Assembly: GCA_963847445.1 (NCBI GenBank)
Contig: CAWJZV010000007.1
Location: 64,001 to 128,000 of the forward strand
DNA from: an uncultured delta proteobacterium
Lineage (GTDB): Bacteria > Desulfobacterota > Binatia > UBA9968
Direction of reading: 5' to 3'
Length of the DNA: 64,000 nt
Shown here: positions 34,455-45,834 of the stretch, in pieces
Layout: the number at the start of each line of letters is the position of its first letter
Position numbering within the stretch: position 1 is the first letter of the stretch
Made by a program: the position numbers and the translations under genes
Notes under the pieces: generated by a model
Database searches by the model: none
What the model was told of the DNA's origin: nothing
What the model saw: the letters and a program-made list of their open reading frames with translations, nothing else

Positions 34455-34636
34455 GGATTCCTTGGCCTCCCTGAAACATAAGAAATCTAACATGCTGCCA
34501 AGCCAGCCCGCAATGCTCGCCGGCTCCTTGGCAATAATTCTTGTGGCCGCCGATTACAACAGTGATATAGTCGTTTGGGCGTTTGTTGAAGTCTCCGGGT
34601 GCGCTAAAGCGTCGTCCATCATTCAGGAGGTGCTCC

Positions 34637-35499
34637 ATGCTGTCCAACAAAGTCAGCGAGATCATGACCACCGACTTGGTCAAGGCAAAGGTTTCCGCGA
34701 CGGTCGAGAGCGTCATGGCCACCATGGTCGCCGAGGACGTCGGGCGTATCATCATCACCGATGACGAGGTGCCGGTGGGGATCTTCACCGAGAAGGATGT
34801 GCTCAAACGCATCCTTGGCACGGCCATCGATGCCAAAAGCACCAGCATAAAGGATGTCATGACCGCGCCGGTGCGGGCTGTGCGCGAAGAAACCCACATC
34901 GTCGACGCCTTCGCTAGGATGTATCGCGGCAAATACCGCCATCTGCTGGTACGCGGCCGGCGCGGTAAGATCATCGGCATCGTTTCCATGCGCCGCATTC
35001 TCAATATCGCCGTGGAACTGGGTCAGGGAATCAGCGAATCGCGAACCGTGGGCGATATCCCGACCGCGCCGATCGTCACCGTCGACGAATCCTCAACGGT
35101 CCATACCACGGTGAATTTGATGAATCAGCAGGGCCTGACCGCGGTAATTGTTACCGCCGCGGGAACGCCCACGGGCATCTTTACCGAGCGCGACGTGCTG
35201 AGACGGGTCGCGACGATGAATATGGATCGCCAGCATACGCCGGTGAAGCAAGTCATGACCGCGCCGCTGATTGCCATGCCGCGCGCTACCTTAGTGGGCG
35301 ATGTGCTTGGCCGAAATGTATCGCCGCGACATTCGCAATATGCCGATCAGAGGACAAGCCAAACCAACTGCTTGGTCTGATCGCCATGCCGGAGATTCTC
35401 CAATACGCTCAAGCGTTTAACATCGATGAGCAGGTGCGCCGGAGTTGGCAGGAAGTCGCCCAGGCCCTCGACACCGACGATCAGTATACTCCCGGCTAG
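34637..35499 (+). CDS. CBS-domain protein with four CBS motifs (frameshift near 35310)
   Basis: AGGAGG RBS; duplicated GIFTEKDVL/GIFTERDVL and VMTAP motifs. Confidence 0.9.
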
Positions 35500-35577
35500 A
35501 GGACCCTAAATCGTTGTCTTTCAAAGCGCTTATGTTAGAATCGGAGAGCTGCCAGATAGTCCTAAGGAGGCTGTATT

Positions 35578-37399
35578 TTGGAGACACCGTTAATCAATGA
35601 CTTAAACATCTGCGTCGCCACCGAAAATGGTTCCGGTAGCGCGTCGTCGAACAACATTCTGTTCAAGGCGATTTTCAAGATGGGCATACCCTGTTCATCG
35701 AAAAATATGTTCCCGTCGAACATTCAGGGCCTGCCCACTTGGTACCAGATTCGCGCCAACGGCGACGGCTATATGAGCCGCAAGGATGTCATCGACGTGA
35801 TGGTGATGTTCAACGACACTACGGCAGCGAAAGACATCTATCGCGTGCGCGATGGCGGGGTGCTTTTGTACGATGACTCGACAGCGCTTTCGCCGACGTT
35901 GAAGCGCGACGGGGTTCAATACATCGGCTTTCCGGCGAACAAACTCGTGGCCAAGCTGGTCCCGGCTTCGCCGTTGCGCGCCAAACAGCGCAACATGGTT
36001 TATGTCGGCGCGTTGGCCTATCTGTTCGGCATCGACATGTCGGTCATCAAAGCGGTGCTCGAAGATACTTTCGGCAAGAAACCGGCGGTTATCGAATCGA
36101 ACCTGGTCTGCATCGACGCCGGCTATCAATACTGCAAAGAACAAGGCTACAAACAGAACATCGCTCGATCTCGAGCCGATCCCCGACGGCAACAAAGGCA
36201 AAATCATCACCGAAGGCAACACCGCAGCCGCTCTCGGCGCGGTTTACGGCGGCGCCTCGGTAATCTGCTGGTATCCGATCACGCCTTCGAGTTCGCTCGC
36301 CGAAGCCATGGAGTATTACCTGCCGCGCCTGCGCAAGCAGATCGATGGCAAAAAGACTTATGCCATCGTCCAGGCGGAAGACGAAATCGCCTCTGCCGGT
36401 ATGATCGTCGGCGCCGGTTGGGCTGGCGCTCGTTCCATGACCTCGACCTCGGGGCCGGGCGTGTCGCTGATGAACGAGTCCATCGGTCTCGCCTACTACG
36501 CTGAGATTCCCTGCGTATTTTTCATCATTCAGCGCGGCGGACCGTCTACGGGTTTACCAACGCGTACACAGCAGGCCGATATGTCGTTGATGTACGGCGC
36601 TTCCCATGGCGACACCCGCCATATTATTCTGATTCCCCATGACATGAATTCCTGTTTCGACCTCGCGCGCCAGAGTTTCAATTACGCCGACCGCTTCCAG
36701 ACACCGGTATTTGTCGCCATGGATCTCGACCTGGGCATGAACATGTGGTCGTCGGAACCACTCAAATTGAACCAGGAACCCTACGATCAAGGCAAACGGT
36801 TAAGCGCCCAGGATTTGGATGAGTGGACCAAAGCCGGCAAGAAATTCCGCCGCTATTTCGACCAAGACGGCGATGGCATTCCTTATCGCACCGTGCCCGG
36901 TAACGAGAATCGCCTGGCCTCCTACTTCACCCGCGGTTCGGGCCACGACGCCGACGCCAAGTATTCCGAGGACGAGCATGACTATAAGTACATTCTCGAC
37001 CGTCTGCGCAAGAAGTTCGACACCTCCCGCAAGTTTGTTCCCAAGCCGATCATTGAAAAAGAGCGCGGCGTTAAGACCGGCATCATTTGTTACGGCTCGA
37101 GCTACGAGCCCGTGCGCGAAGCCCGCGATCGATTGAAGGCACGCGGCTTGAAAACCAATCACATGCTGATCCGCGCGCTGCCGCTGACTAGCGAAGTAAT
37201 GGATTTCTTGGCCGAGCACGACACGATCTATCTGGTCGAGCAAAACCGCGATGCCCAGATGGCCGCGATCATAAAAGACGAGAACCCGCTGCTCGGTGCC
37301 AAGATTACCAGCATTCTCGTCTACAACGGTCTCCCCGTCAGTGCCGGCGAAGTCGTCAAGCAGATCTTCGACGCCGCCCAAACAGCGAAAACCGCCTAA
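35578..37399 (+). CDS. 2-oxoacid:ferredoxin oxidoreductase alpha subunit with fused gamma domain (frameshifted)
   Basis: NGSGSAS, FPSNIQGLPTW, WYPITPSS, QAEDE, TSGPG, RGGPSTGLPTRTQQAD. Confidence 0.94.
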
Positions 37400-37418
37400 C
37401 GACAATAAGGATACGACA

Positions 37419-38448
37419 ATGGCAGAAGCAAAAGTGAATCGCCTGAATCTTACGGAAAAAGACTACGACGGCGCGGCGTCGACCATGTGCAAAGGTTGCG
37501 GCCATGACGCAATCTCCGCGTCGGTCCAGCGCGCCTATTACGAAAGCAGCATCGACCCGCGCAAGGTGGTCAAACTCAGCGGTATCGGCTGCTCATCGAA
37601 AACTCCGGCCTATTTTTTGAGCCAATCCTTTGGCTTCAACGCCGTGCATGGCCGCATGTCCGCGGTTGCCACCGGCGCTAATTTGGCGAACCATACGCTG
37701 CTGCCGATCGGCGTCTCCGGCGACGGCGACACCTCAGCCATCGGCCTCGGCAACTTCTGCCACATGATGCGGCGCAATGTGAACATCACCTACATCATCG
37801 AAAACAACGGCGTCTATGGCCTGACCAAAGGGCAGTTCTCCGCGACAGCCGATGTCGGTTCAGTCATGAAAGGCGGCAAAGTCAACGACATTCCCGCCAT
37901 CGATTTAGCCGAGTTGGCGATCACCCTCGGCGCCACCTACGTCGCGCGCAGCTTTTCCGGCGACCGCAAGCAGCTCACGCCGCTCGTGCAGGGCGCCCTC
38001 GCGCACAAAGGTAGCGCGATCCTCGACGTCATCAGTCCCTGCGTGACGTTTAACAACCACGAGGGATCGACGAAGAGTCTGAAATACGTCAAAGGCCACC
38101 TCGATCCGATTCACGATTTAGACTTTGTGCCGCCCTATGAAAATATCGAGGCTGATTACGACGAAGGCACGGATCATGAAGTTGCGATGCACGACGGCTC
38201 GCGCATTATTCTCCATAAACTCAGCAAGCATTATGATCCGACCAGCAAAGCCAATGCGATTCAAGCCATCCATGGCGCCATCGCCGAAGGCAAGTTTCTC
38301 ACCGGTTTGATCTACTACAACCCCAACCGCAAGGAATTTGCCGAAGAACTTAATCTTTGCGACACACCGCTGTCGGAATTGGGACAGGACTATCTTGCAG
38401 CCGCCAGTCGAAGCGTTGGAACGAATCAACGCCGACATGATGAAGTAG
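37419..38448 (+). CDS. 2-oxoacid:ferredoxin oxidoreductase beta subunit
   Basis: CKGCG, SGIGCSSK, HGR, GDGD...NN TPP motif, SPCVTFN. Confidence 0.95.
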
Positions 38449-38470
38449 ACTGAGAAAAATACTCTCAACT

Positions 38471-38506
38471 AAAAAAAGCCCGGTAGATGTCCTACCGGGC
38501 TTTTTT
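38471..38506. terminator. Bidirectional intrinsic terminator
   Basis: A7-GCCCGGTAG-ATGTC-CTACCGGGC-T6 between convergent genes. Confidence 0.92.
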
Positions 38507-38537
38507 ATTGTGCATTAAATAATCCGAATCGGAAGTA

Positions 38538-39188
38538 TTAGAGCCCAGGCGCTTGTTTGGCCGGCAGATCGCGCCAAGTTTCGATGATCTCATTTGACGA
38601 CGCGACCAGGCCGAAGTGACGGCGCATGTTATCCAGCGTGCTGAGATGTAACTTCGCTTCGTAGGCGGCGGAACAGTCGTCGATCATGGTCACGTAATAA
38701 TCGTACATGTAGGCGTCCCGCGCGGTGGTTTCGACGCACACATTGGTAGCCACGCCGCAAACCAGAACGCTTTGAATATTGCGCGCCTTGAGCACCGTGT
38801 TGAGATCGGTGTTGATGAACGCGCTATAGCGGTGCTTGATCACCACCCGCTCCGATGGCAAAGGCGAAATACCGTCATAGAGCTCCGCGCCCCAACTCCC
38901 TTCCCGGCAAGTGCTCAGCCCGCTCTTTTGCGACGTCCGATAGATCCACGACGGCGTGTCGGTCCATTCGCTATGGGTGGTGCGAATGTAAACGATGGTC
39001 AGCCCGATCCGCCGCGCCTCGTCAATCAAATGTAACAGATTCGGCACCATCGCTAGCGCCGCGCTGCAATCCTCACCGCGCTTGCCTGCGCTGCCGTCGG
39101 GGCTAACGAAATCGTTCTGCACGTCGACGACGATCAACGCGGCAGTCTTCGGGTCGCAACGTTCTTTCAAAGTTCGTAACACATCCAT
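38538..39188 (-). CDS. Isochorismatase-family cysteine hydrolase (RutB-like)
   Basis: ALIVVDVQNDF, KHRYSAF, GVATNVCVETTARDA (Asp-Lys-Cys triad). Confidence 0.92.
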   Translation of the reverse strand: MDVLRTLKERCDPKTAALIVVDVQNDFVSPDGSAGKRGEDCSAALAMVPNLLHLIDEARRIGLTIVYIRTTHSEWTDTPSWIYRTSQKSGLSTCREGSWGAELYDGISPLPSERVVIKHRYSAFINTDLNTVLKARNIQSVLVCGVATNVCVETTARDAYMYDYYVTMIDDCSAAYEAKLHLSTLDNMRRHFGLVASSNEIIETWRDLPAKQAPGL

Positions 39189-39209
39189 AACTTCTCTCCC
39201 GTTAACGCC

Positions 39210-39269
39210 GAGGATGGAGGATCGAAGATCGAGGATAGCGATTCCTGCCATCCTCAATCTTCGATCCTC
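39210..39269. repeat. Inverted array of 7-bp tandem repeats (hairpin)
   Basis: GAGGATG GAGGATC GAAGATC GAGGATA GC-loop-GC CATCCTC AATCTTC GATCCTC. Confidence 0.8.
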
Positions 39270-39277
39270 AGTTTCCT

Positions 39278-40274
39278 TCAATGATCATGCTTCTTCGCCA
39301 AGCCGCCATGGCCCATCGCCATGATATCGGCACGCGTGATTTTCTCACCGGCGATCAAGCGCGGCAGCAAAGCGTCGAAGGCGGTGAACGGATCGTGCAG
39401 CACGCAACCGGACAATCCCATCACTGGCGTCTCGCCAAGATAAGCCATCAAGAACATCGAGCCGGGCAAAATCGGAAATCCATGGGTCTCCACGATCGCG
39501 CCGCTGCGCCGAATTCCTTCGGGCGTTTTATCGTCGGGGTCCACGGACATGCCACCACTGACGAGAATCACGTCTGCGCCCGCCTGCTTGGCGTCGTTAA
39601 TATAAGCCGGCAATCACATCCGGATCGTCCGGCGCCAGCTTCACCGACTCGACAGTCGAACCCAGCTCGCCGACCTTTTTGGTCACCACTGGGACCGAAA
39701 CCGTCTTTGATTCTGTCCGGTGAATGACTTCGCTGCCGGTCACCACCAGATGAACTTTGCTTCGCCGGCATCGGCAGAATCGCCACGATCGGCTTGGTCC
39801 TTGCACAGCGCTTCGGCTTTTTGCACCAGATCCTCTTTGACCAGCCACGGGAATCGTCCGCGTGCCAGCGACTACCGTGCCTTCTTTGACGTAGCGATCG
39901 CCTGGCAACGTCGCGAGCATGAGATCGCCGAGAGAATTGAAACGATAGAGCAGATCGACATCGACCTTGAGCAAACCGGAAATGGTCGCGACCAGATTGA
40001 TTCGACCTTCGCTCGGATCGGTTAATTTTAAATTCGCCCCAGCCGCGGCTTTAGCCAAGCGGCGCGCCGCATCTTCTTCGTGCAGTTCGTCCGGCTCCAG
40101 GTTCATGACATAAATATTCGCCTTGCCGACGTCCAAGAGTTTCGACACATCTTCCGGACGAATGATATGGCCGCGCCGAAACGCCGGCCCTTTATGTTTG
40201 CCGGGAATGATTTCGGTGATGTCGTGCGCCAGCGGCAAACCGACCGCTTCTTCGACGGGAATGACTTTGAGCAT
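39278..40274 (-). CDS. Molybdopterin-binding protein (MoeA/MogA-like domain; frameshifted)
   Basis: AVGLPLAHDITEI, LHEEDAA, VVTGSEV, SGGMSVDPDDKTP, PILPGSMF. Confidence 0.88.
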
Positions 40275-40370
40275 GTGAATGACTCCTCGCTAATATCTCT
40301 AGTAAATCCGCGGTGATTTTTCCACCGGGGACTGGTCCTGTCCGGACAGCCTGTGCTATTAGCCGGGGGC

Positions 40371-41534
40371 ATGACGCTTGCTGAACTGGTCCGGTACTTT
40401 CTCTACCTCGGCACCTTTGGCTTCGGTGGCCCAGTGGCCTTGGTCGGTTTCATGCACCGCGATCTAGTCGAGAAACGAGGATCCATCACCGAAGATACTT
40501 ATAAGCTGTCCTTGGCGCTCGCCCAGATCATGCCCGGACCTTTGGCCGCGCAAGTCGCCATAGCCATCGGTTATTTCGAGGCCGGCATCGCCGGTGCGAC
40601 CTTGGCTGGAATCGCCTTCGTTTTGCCTTCGTTTCTAATGGTCGTTGGCATCTCGCTGGTTTACGTCGCCTACGGCGGGCTCTGGTGGATGCAGGCGCTG
40701 TTCTATGCGATCGGCGCAACCGTCATTGCGATCATCGCCATCGCGGCTTACAAGCTCGCCCGCAGCACCAACAAGCGCGATCCCTTGCTCTGGGGAATCT
40801 TTGCCGTACTTACCGCGGTCACTCTATGGGCCCAGGCGGAACTGGCGGAGTTTTTTATACTCGCCGGGCTCGTCGTTCTCGTTGTCAAGGCTTGGCCAGG
40901 AGCGAAGCAAGGATCCCTCATGGTTTTCGGCGGAGTCGTGCTCGGCTTGCTCATTTGGCTGCTCGAAGCATGGCTGCGCCAAACCGGTTCGGCAGCCGAT
41001 TCCGGCAACATGCTCGTGCAAATTCTTTTGTTCTTCACCAAAGCCGGTGCTTTTGTCTTTGGCAGTGGTCTGGCGATCATTCCGTTCTTGCAGCAAGGCG
41101 TCGTTCAGCAATTCCACTGGTTGACCGATCATCAGTTCCTCGACGCCGTCGCCGTGGCGATGATCACGCCCGGACCTGTCGTCATTACCGTCGCCTTCAT
41201 CGGCTTTATCGTTGCCGGCTTCGCTGGAGCGGTGATGGCCGCCATCGGCATCTTTCTGCCGGTTTACATCTTCACCATCGTTCCTGCCCCCTGGTTTAAA
41301 CGCCATCGCGACAACCCGCAACTCAAGGCCTTTGTCGACGGCGCCACCGCCGCGGCCACCGGCGCCATCACTGGCGCGGTCTTGGTGCTCGGCACCCGGG
41401 CGATTAAAGACGTACCCACAGCGCTGATCGCCATCGTCAGCTTGGCGATCCTTTGGCGCTACAAAATCCCCGAGCCGGTCATTGTTTCAGTCGCCGGTCT
41501 GGTCGGTTTGATTCTTTACCCGATTCTTCATTGA
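40371..41534 (+). CDS. chrA: Chromate ion transporter (CHR family, long chain)
   Basis: GTFGFGGP, AQIMPGP, GAFVFGSG, AMITPGP. Confidence 0.93.
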   Translation: MTLAELVRYFLYLGTFGFGGPVALVGFMHRDLVEKRGSITEDTYKLSLALAQIMPGPLAAQVAIAIGYFEAGIAGATLAGIAFVLPSFLMVVGISLVYVAYGGLWWMQALFYAIGATVIAIIAIAAYKLARSTNKRDPLLWGIFAVLTAVTLWAQAELAEFFILAGLVVLVVKAWPGAKQGSLMVFGGVVLGLLIWLLEAWLRQTGSAADSGNMLVQILLFFTKAGAFVFGSGLAIIPFLQQGVVQQFHWLTDHQFLDAVAVAMITPGPVVITVAFIGFIVAGFAGAVMAAIGIFLPVYIFTIVPAPWFKRHRDNPQLKAFVDGATAAATGAITGAVLVLGTRAIKDVPTALIAIVSLAILWRYKIPEPVIVSVAGLVGLILYPILH

Positions 41535-41543
41535 GAGGGTCGC

Positions 41544-41985
41544 ATGAAGTGGGTCACGCGCAAACAGATTCGCGTCAACCGGGTCGCCACCGCCTGGCTG
41601 ATCCGCCGGTTTCATCGACCGCCAGGCCGAATTTATCTTCGTTGAGCCGGCGGACGTTGCCGAAGTACAAAAACGTGAAAAGGCCCAAGGCTTCGATGCC
41701 CCCGGCGCGACCTATCCGCATAAAGACAGTCAGGGCCGCTGCTCCTTCGAAGCCCTGGTTAGCGAATACTGTTCGAGCGATGCCGTGCTCAAGGAAATGG
41801 CGCGCATGGTGCGCGGCGCCGACTTTGCCGATGAATCTCACTTGACCGAAGAATCGGTGGGAATTCGCACGATCTCCCAAGGCTTTCCGCTGGTCACCAA
41901 CGACGATCACGAGACCGTCGAAAAAGCATCTTTTCTCTACGACGCCCTCTACGCGTCGATCCAAGCACAGCCACCGAGCAACTAG
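41544..41985 (+). CDS. ChrB C-terminal-domain chromate resistance protein (frameshifted)
   Basis: MKWVTRKQIRVNRVATAWLIRRF, FDAPGATYPH...CSFEAL, VRGAD, LYDALY. Confidence 0.85.
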
Positions 41986-42019
41986 AAGATTGCTAGACAC
42001 AGAATCGCCGGGGCGGCGA

Positions 42020-43402
42020 TCACGGTGTCTGATTACCGATCCCGCTCGGTGTTTTTGGCTGGGATTGCGACGCGCTTTCCGGCGCAGCATTTACGGAGTC
42101 GACAGCGTCCTTGGACAGCACCAGCACTTTGTCGATGCGCTTGCCGTCCATGTCGACGATCTCGAAGCGTAATCCCCGCCATTCGAAGGACTCTGCTACC
42201 GCTGGGACGCGGCCCATCTGGGTGAAAATAAAACCGCCCAAGGTCTGGAACGCATCGCGCTTTTCCCCCGGCAGGGTCTCGACATGAAAGATTTCCTTGA
42301 AGTCATCGACGCTCAACATGCCGTCGAGCAACCAAGAGCCATCATGGCGCCGCACCGCTTTTGGATCGGCGGCCTTTTCGCCGATGGGAATATCGCCGGC
42401 AATCGCTTCGAGGATGTCGTGGTGGGTTAGCAGCCCCTCGATACCGCCGTATTCATCGACGACGAGCGCGATATGTTTGTTGCTTTTTTTGAACGAGTCC
42501 AACAATTCTAAAGCGGAAATGGTTCGCGGCACGAACAGCGGCTGCTGCATCAGAGCATTGAGATCGATCGGCTTGCCAGTCAGAGTATGCGCCAGTAAAT
42601 CCTTCGCCTGGACCACGCCGGTAACATTATCGAGACTGCCAGCGGCCACCGGGAAACGGGAGTGACCGCTCTCGGCGATCTTCGCGCACACCTGTTCCAG
42701 GGTATTTTCCAGGTCGAGCCATGCGATCTGCGTGCGCGGCGTCATCAGCGAGCGCGCGGTTTTAGCGCCGAGACGGAGCACCGCATCGACCATGTCCTCC
42801 GCGGTTTCTTCAAAGATGCCGGCTTCGGCTCCCTGCTGCACCAACGTCGTGATTTCCTCCTGAGTCACCGGCGCCTGCTGTGCCGGCGCTCGGCCAAACA
42901 GTCGGCAGACGAGTTCCGTCGACGCGCTGAGTAAATGCACCATCGGTGCTGACAGCCAGGCAAAGCCGCGTAGCGGCATGGCGACCCACGTGGCGATGCT
43001 TTCGGGATGGCGCATGGCCAACCGTTTGGGCACCAATTCGCCAATCACGAGAGAAAAGAAGGTGATGATCAGTACGACTAGGCCCAGAGCCATTTCTTGG
43101 TGGTAATGCTCAAGACCGGGCAACGCCTTGAGATACTCCGCCAACCACGCCGCCGCGCCGCGGCCGGCGAAGGCGCCGGTCAGGATACCGATGAGTGTGA
43201 TGCCGATCTGCACCGACGAGAGCAATCGATTGGGCGTTTGCGCCAGCTCCAGCGCGACTTTAGCGCGGGCGTTGCCTTTGTTGACCCAATCCTGCAGCCG
43301 CGACTTCCGAGCGGTGATGACGGCCATTTCAGACATCGCAAACACGCCGTTCGCCAGGATCAATACAGAGATAGTCAATATCTCCCCACCAATATCTGCC
43401 AT
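42020..43402 (-). CDS. HlyC/CorC (CNNM + CBS + CorC) metal transporter
   Basis: NGVFAMSEMA, QIGITL, GELVPKRLA, MTPR, VVDEYGG, TLGGF. Confidence 0.94.
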   Translation of the reverse strand: MADIGGEILTISVLILANGVFAMSEMAVITARKSRLQDWVNKGNARAKVALELAQTPNRLLSSVQIGITLIGILTGAFAGRGAAAWLAEYLKALPGLEHYHQEMALGLVVLIITFFSLVIGELVPKRLAMRHPESIATWVAMPLRGFAWLSAPMVHLLSASTELVCRLFGRAPAQQAPVTQEEITTLVQQGAEAGIFEETAEDMVDAVLRLGAKTARSLMTPRTQIAWLDLENTLEQVCAKIAESGHSRFPVAAGSLDNVTGVVQAKDLLAHTLTGKPIDLNALMQQPLFVPRTISALELLDSFKKSNKHIALVVDEYGGIEGLLTHHDILEAIAGDIPIGEKAADPKAVRRHDGSWLLDGMLSVDDFKEIFHVETLPGEKRDAFQTLGGFIFTQMGRVPAVAESFEWRGLRFEIVDMDGKRIDKVLVLSKDAVDSVNAAPESASQSQPKTPSGIGNQTP

Positions 43403-43532
43403 TGCCTTTACTCCTCTGCCCAACCATAGCAGGAAGAGCGCCAATTCGCAGCAGCGCCGGAGCAGTTACCCAACCCCTCGGATCGCGCCACCATCATCCC
43501 GATCAATGCCTAATTGAGTTAAAAATCGGTGC

Positions 43533-43572
43533 TTGACGGAAACCTAGGATAGCGATATATCGCATTTCGATA
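43533..43572 (+). promoter_or_regulatory. sigma70 promoter with overlapping palindromic operator (candidate PadR site)
   Basis: TTGACG at 43533; AT-rich -10 near 43555; TATCG-N5-CGATA at 43558-43572, just before the padR ATG. Confidence 0.55.
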
Positions 43573-43577
43573 ACGAA

Positions 43578-43916
43578 ATGCAGAAGTCAAAAAAGCAGGA
43601 GAATCAGGATCGACGGGATCAGGATCTTTACGGCGGTTTGATCCGCCTGCACATCCTGCACCACGCCTCAAAGGAACCGGTATTCGGCTTATGGTTCATC
43701 GAGGAACTTGGAAGGCATGGATACAAGCTCAGTCCGGGCACTCTTTATCCACTGCTGCACGGCCTCGAGCGGAAGGGGTATCTGCGATCGTCCAATGAGC
43801 GCTCGGGCAAAAGCTCGCGGCGAATGTATCAAGCGACTCTTCTTGGGCGAAAAGCCTTGGCCGTCGCGCGGCAGAAAGTTAGCGAGCTGTTCGGGGAATT
43901 GCTGGAAGACGAATGA
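43578..43916 (+). CDS. PadR-family transcriptional regulator
   Basis: IRLHILHHA, EELGRHGYKLSPGTLYPLLHGLERKGYL. Confidence 0.93.
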   Translation: MQKSKKQENQDRRDQDLYGGLIRLHILHHASKEPVFGLWFIEELGRHGYKLSPGTLYPLLHGLERKGYLRSSNERSGKSSRRMYQATLLGRKALAVARQKVSELFGELLEDE

Positions 43917-43973
43917 TCCGCCGATCGTAATTTCTTTAAACGGCGCTTTGGTCCGACTATCCGGGAGATCAAT

Positions 43974-44543
43974 ATGAAGGCAAGAGCCTTTCTATCAGGG
44001 GTCTTAATTCTTTTCGGGATTTTGATCGCAGTGTTGTTTTTTCGAGTTCTTACCCTGGAATCGCGGCTCCGCGAATCCGGCATTGCTAACGGGGGCGGCG
44101 TCGCGGCTGGTCAAGCGTCTTTGAAGCGCGTGGAAACGGAGCTTGCCACGGTCAAGGACCTGGCGCCGGGGCTCGGCGAATATATGACGACGATCCAGTT
44201 GCACGCGGGAAAACTTTGGTTTGCCGCTAAAGCTGCGAATTGGGACCTCGCCGTCTACGAGCTCCATGAGCTGGAGGAGACCATGGAAGCGGTCAAGAAG
44301 TTAAACGCAGAAAAAAACGGCGTGAAAATTTCCGGCGTGATGGATGCCGTTCTGCGAACCCAGATTGCTCAACTGGAGCAAGCGATAAAGCGGAAGAATC
44401 CTGGCGAATTTCAGAAAGCCTATGACGAGACGTTGAGCGCGTGCAACGGCTGCCACACCGAGTCGGGGCACAAGTTTATTCAGATTATTCGACCTACGGT
44501 GCCGCCGGTGACCAATCAAAAGTGGCAGATGTCGGACCAATGA
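43974..44543 (+). CDS. Membrane-anchored helical c-type cytochrome (single C-terminal CxxCH)
   Basis: N-terminal TM helix, helical body, ACNGCH near the C-terminus as in class II cytochromes c. Confidence 0.75.
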   Translation: MKARAFLSGVLILFGILIAVLFFRVLTLESRLRESGIANGGGVAAGQASLKRVETELATVKDLAPGLGEYMTTIQLHAGKLWFAAKAANWDLAVYELHELEETMEAVKKLNAEKNGVKISGVMDAVLRTQIAQLEQAIKRKNPGEFQKAYDETLSACNGCHTESGHKFIQIIRPTVPPVTNQKWQMSDQ

Positions 44544-44588
44544 CTGTCGCGATGAGACAATCGCAAGTGGAAATGGCCGCGGCAAATT

Positions 44589-45821
44589 ATGAGTGAACCC
44601 GGACAAATTGCCGCCGAAGACGCGCTGGCCGACCAATACCCGGGATCATTTCTCGAGGTTCTCTGGGTTTCGACACGCCTGGGCCTAACCTCCTTTGGCG
44701 GTCCCATCGCTCACCTCGGCTATTTTCATGAGGAGTACGTAAAGCGAAGAAAATGGATCGATGAGCAAAGCTACGCCGACCTCGTAGCTCTTTGCCAGTT
44801 TCTGCCCGGGCCAGCTAGCAGTCAGGTGAGTATCGCCATCGGTATTGCCCGCGCGCGTCTGCTCGGTGGCATCGCCGCGTGGCTGGGCTTTACCATGCCA
44901 TCGGCACTGGCGCTGATCGCCTTCGCCTTTGGGATCGGCGCGTTTGCCAGCGCGGCCGACGCCGGCTGGTTGCACGGCCTCAAAGTCGTCGCCGTAGCAG
45001 TCGTTGCCCAAGCCGTGTGGGGCATGGCCCGCTCGCTCTGTCCGGATCGTGAACGCGCAACCATTGCTGTTCTCGCTTCAATAGTCACGCTCGCATGGCC
45101 CACCGCAGTTGGGCAGCTTTCATCGATTGCCATCGCCGGTATTGTTGGCTTGATCATCTTTCCAGGACGGCTTCTTCTTCACTCTCCCATATACGCTTTC
45201 CCATCGGGAAAAAAACCGGAATCGCCGCTTGGGAGCATCTTTTTCGCGCTTCTCATTGGGTTACCGCTGCTCCGGCAGATGCAGCCCAGCCATACGTTAG
45301 AGGTTTTCGATAGTTTTTTCCGTGTCGGCTCGTTGGTTTTCGGTGGCGGTCATGTGGTTCTGCCGCTGCTTCAAACCGAAGTGGTTGGACCGGGTTGGAT
45401 TACCAACGAGCAATTCGTCGCTGGCTATGGCGCTACTCAGGCCGTGCCGGGACCGTTATTTACATTCTCCGCTTACCTCGGCGCCGTGATGGGTCCTGAA
45501 CCCAATGGTTGGACCGGAGCCTTCCTCGCCCTCGTGGCGATTTTTCTTCCATCCTTTTTATTGGTCGTCGGCGCGCTTCCTTTTTGGGATTCTCTTCGCT
45601 CGGCACCGGTCTTCCAGTCTGCTCTGAAAGGGATCAACGCGGCTGTCGTCGGATTGCTGCTGACAGCACTGTACAAACCTGTCTGGACAAGCGCGATCTA
45701 CTCCCCCGCGGACTTCGGCCTTGGACTCGTTGCTTTCGGACTCTTGATGTTTTGGAAATGTCCCCCCTGGCTGGTGGTTGTCCTGACCGCTGTTGGAGGG
45801 GAAGTCATCGCGCGCATATAA
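44589..45821 (+). CDS. chrA: Second chromate ion transporter (CHR family)
   Basis: GLTSFGGPIAH, CQFLPGPASSQ, GSLVFGGGHVVLPLL, QAVPGPLF. Confidence 0.95.
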   Translation: MSEPGQIAAEDALADQYPGSFLEVLWVSTRLGLTSFGGPIAHLGYFHEEYVKRRKWIDEQSYADLVALCQFLPGPASSQVSIAIGIARARLLGGIAAWLGFTMPSALALIAFAFGIGAFASAADAGWLHGLKVVAVAVVAQAVWGMARSLCPDRERATIAVLASIVTLAWPTAVGQLSSIAIAGIVGLIIFPGRLLLHSPIYAFPSGKKPESPLGSIFFALLIGLPLLRQMQPSHTLEVFDSFFRVGSLVFGGGHVVLPLLQTEVVGPGWITNEQFVAGYGATQAVPGPLFTFSAYLGAVMGPEPNGWTGAFLALVAIFLPSFLLVVGALPFWDSLRSAPVFQSALKGINAAVVGLLLTALYKPVWTSAIYSPADFGLGLVAFGLLMFWKCPPWLVVVLTAVGGEVIARI

Positions 45822-45834
45822 GAGGAGGAACGTT

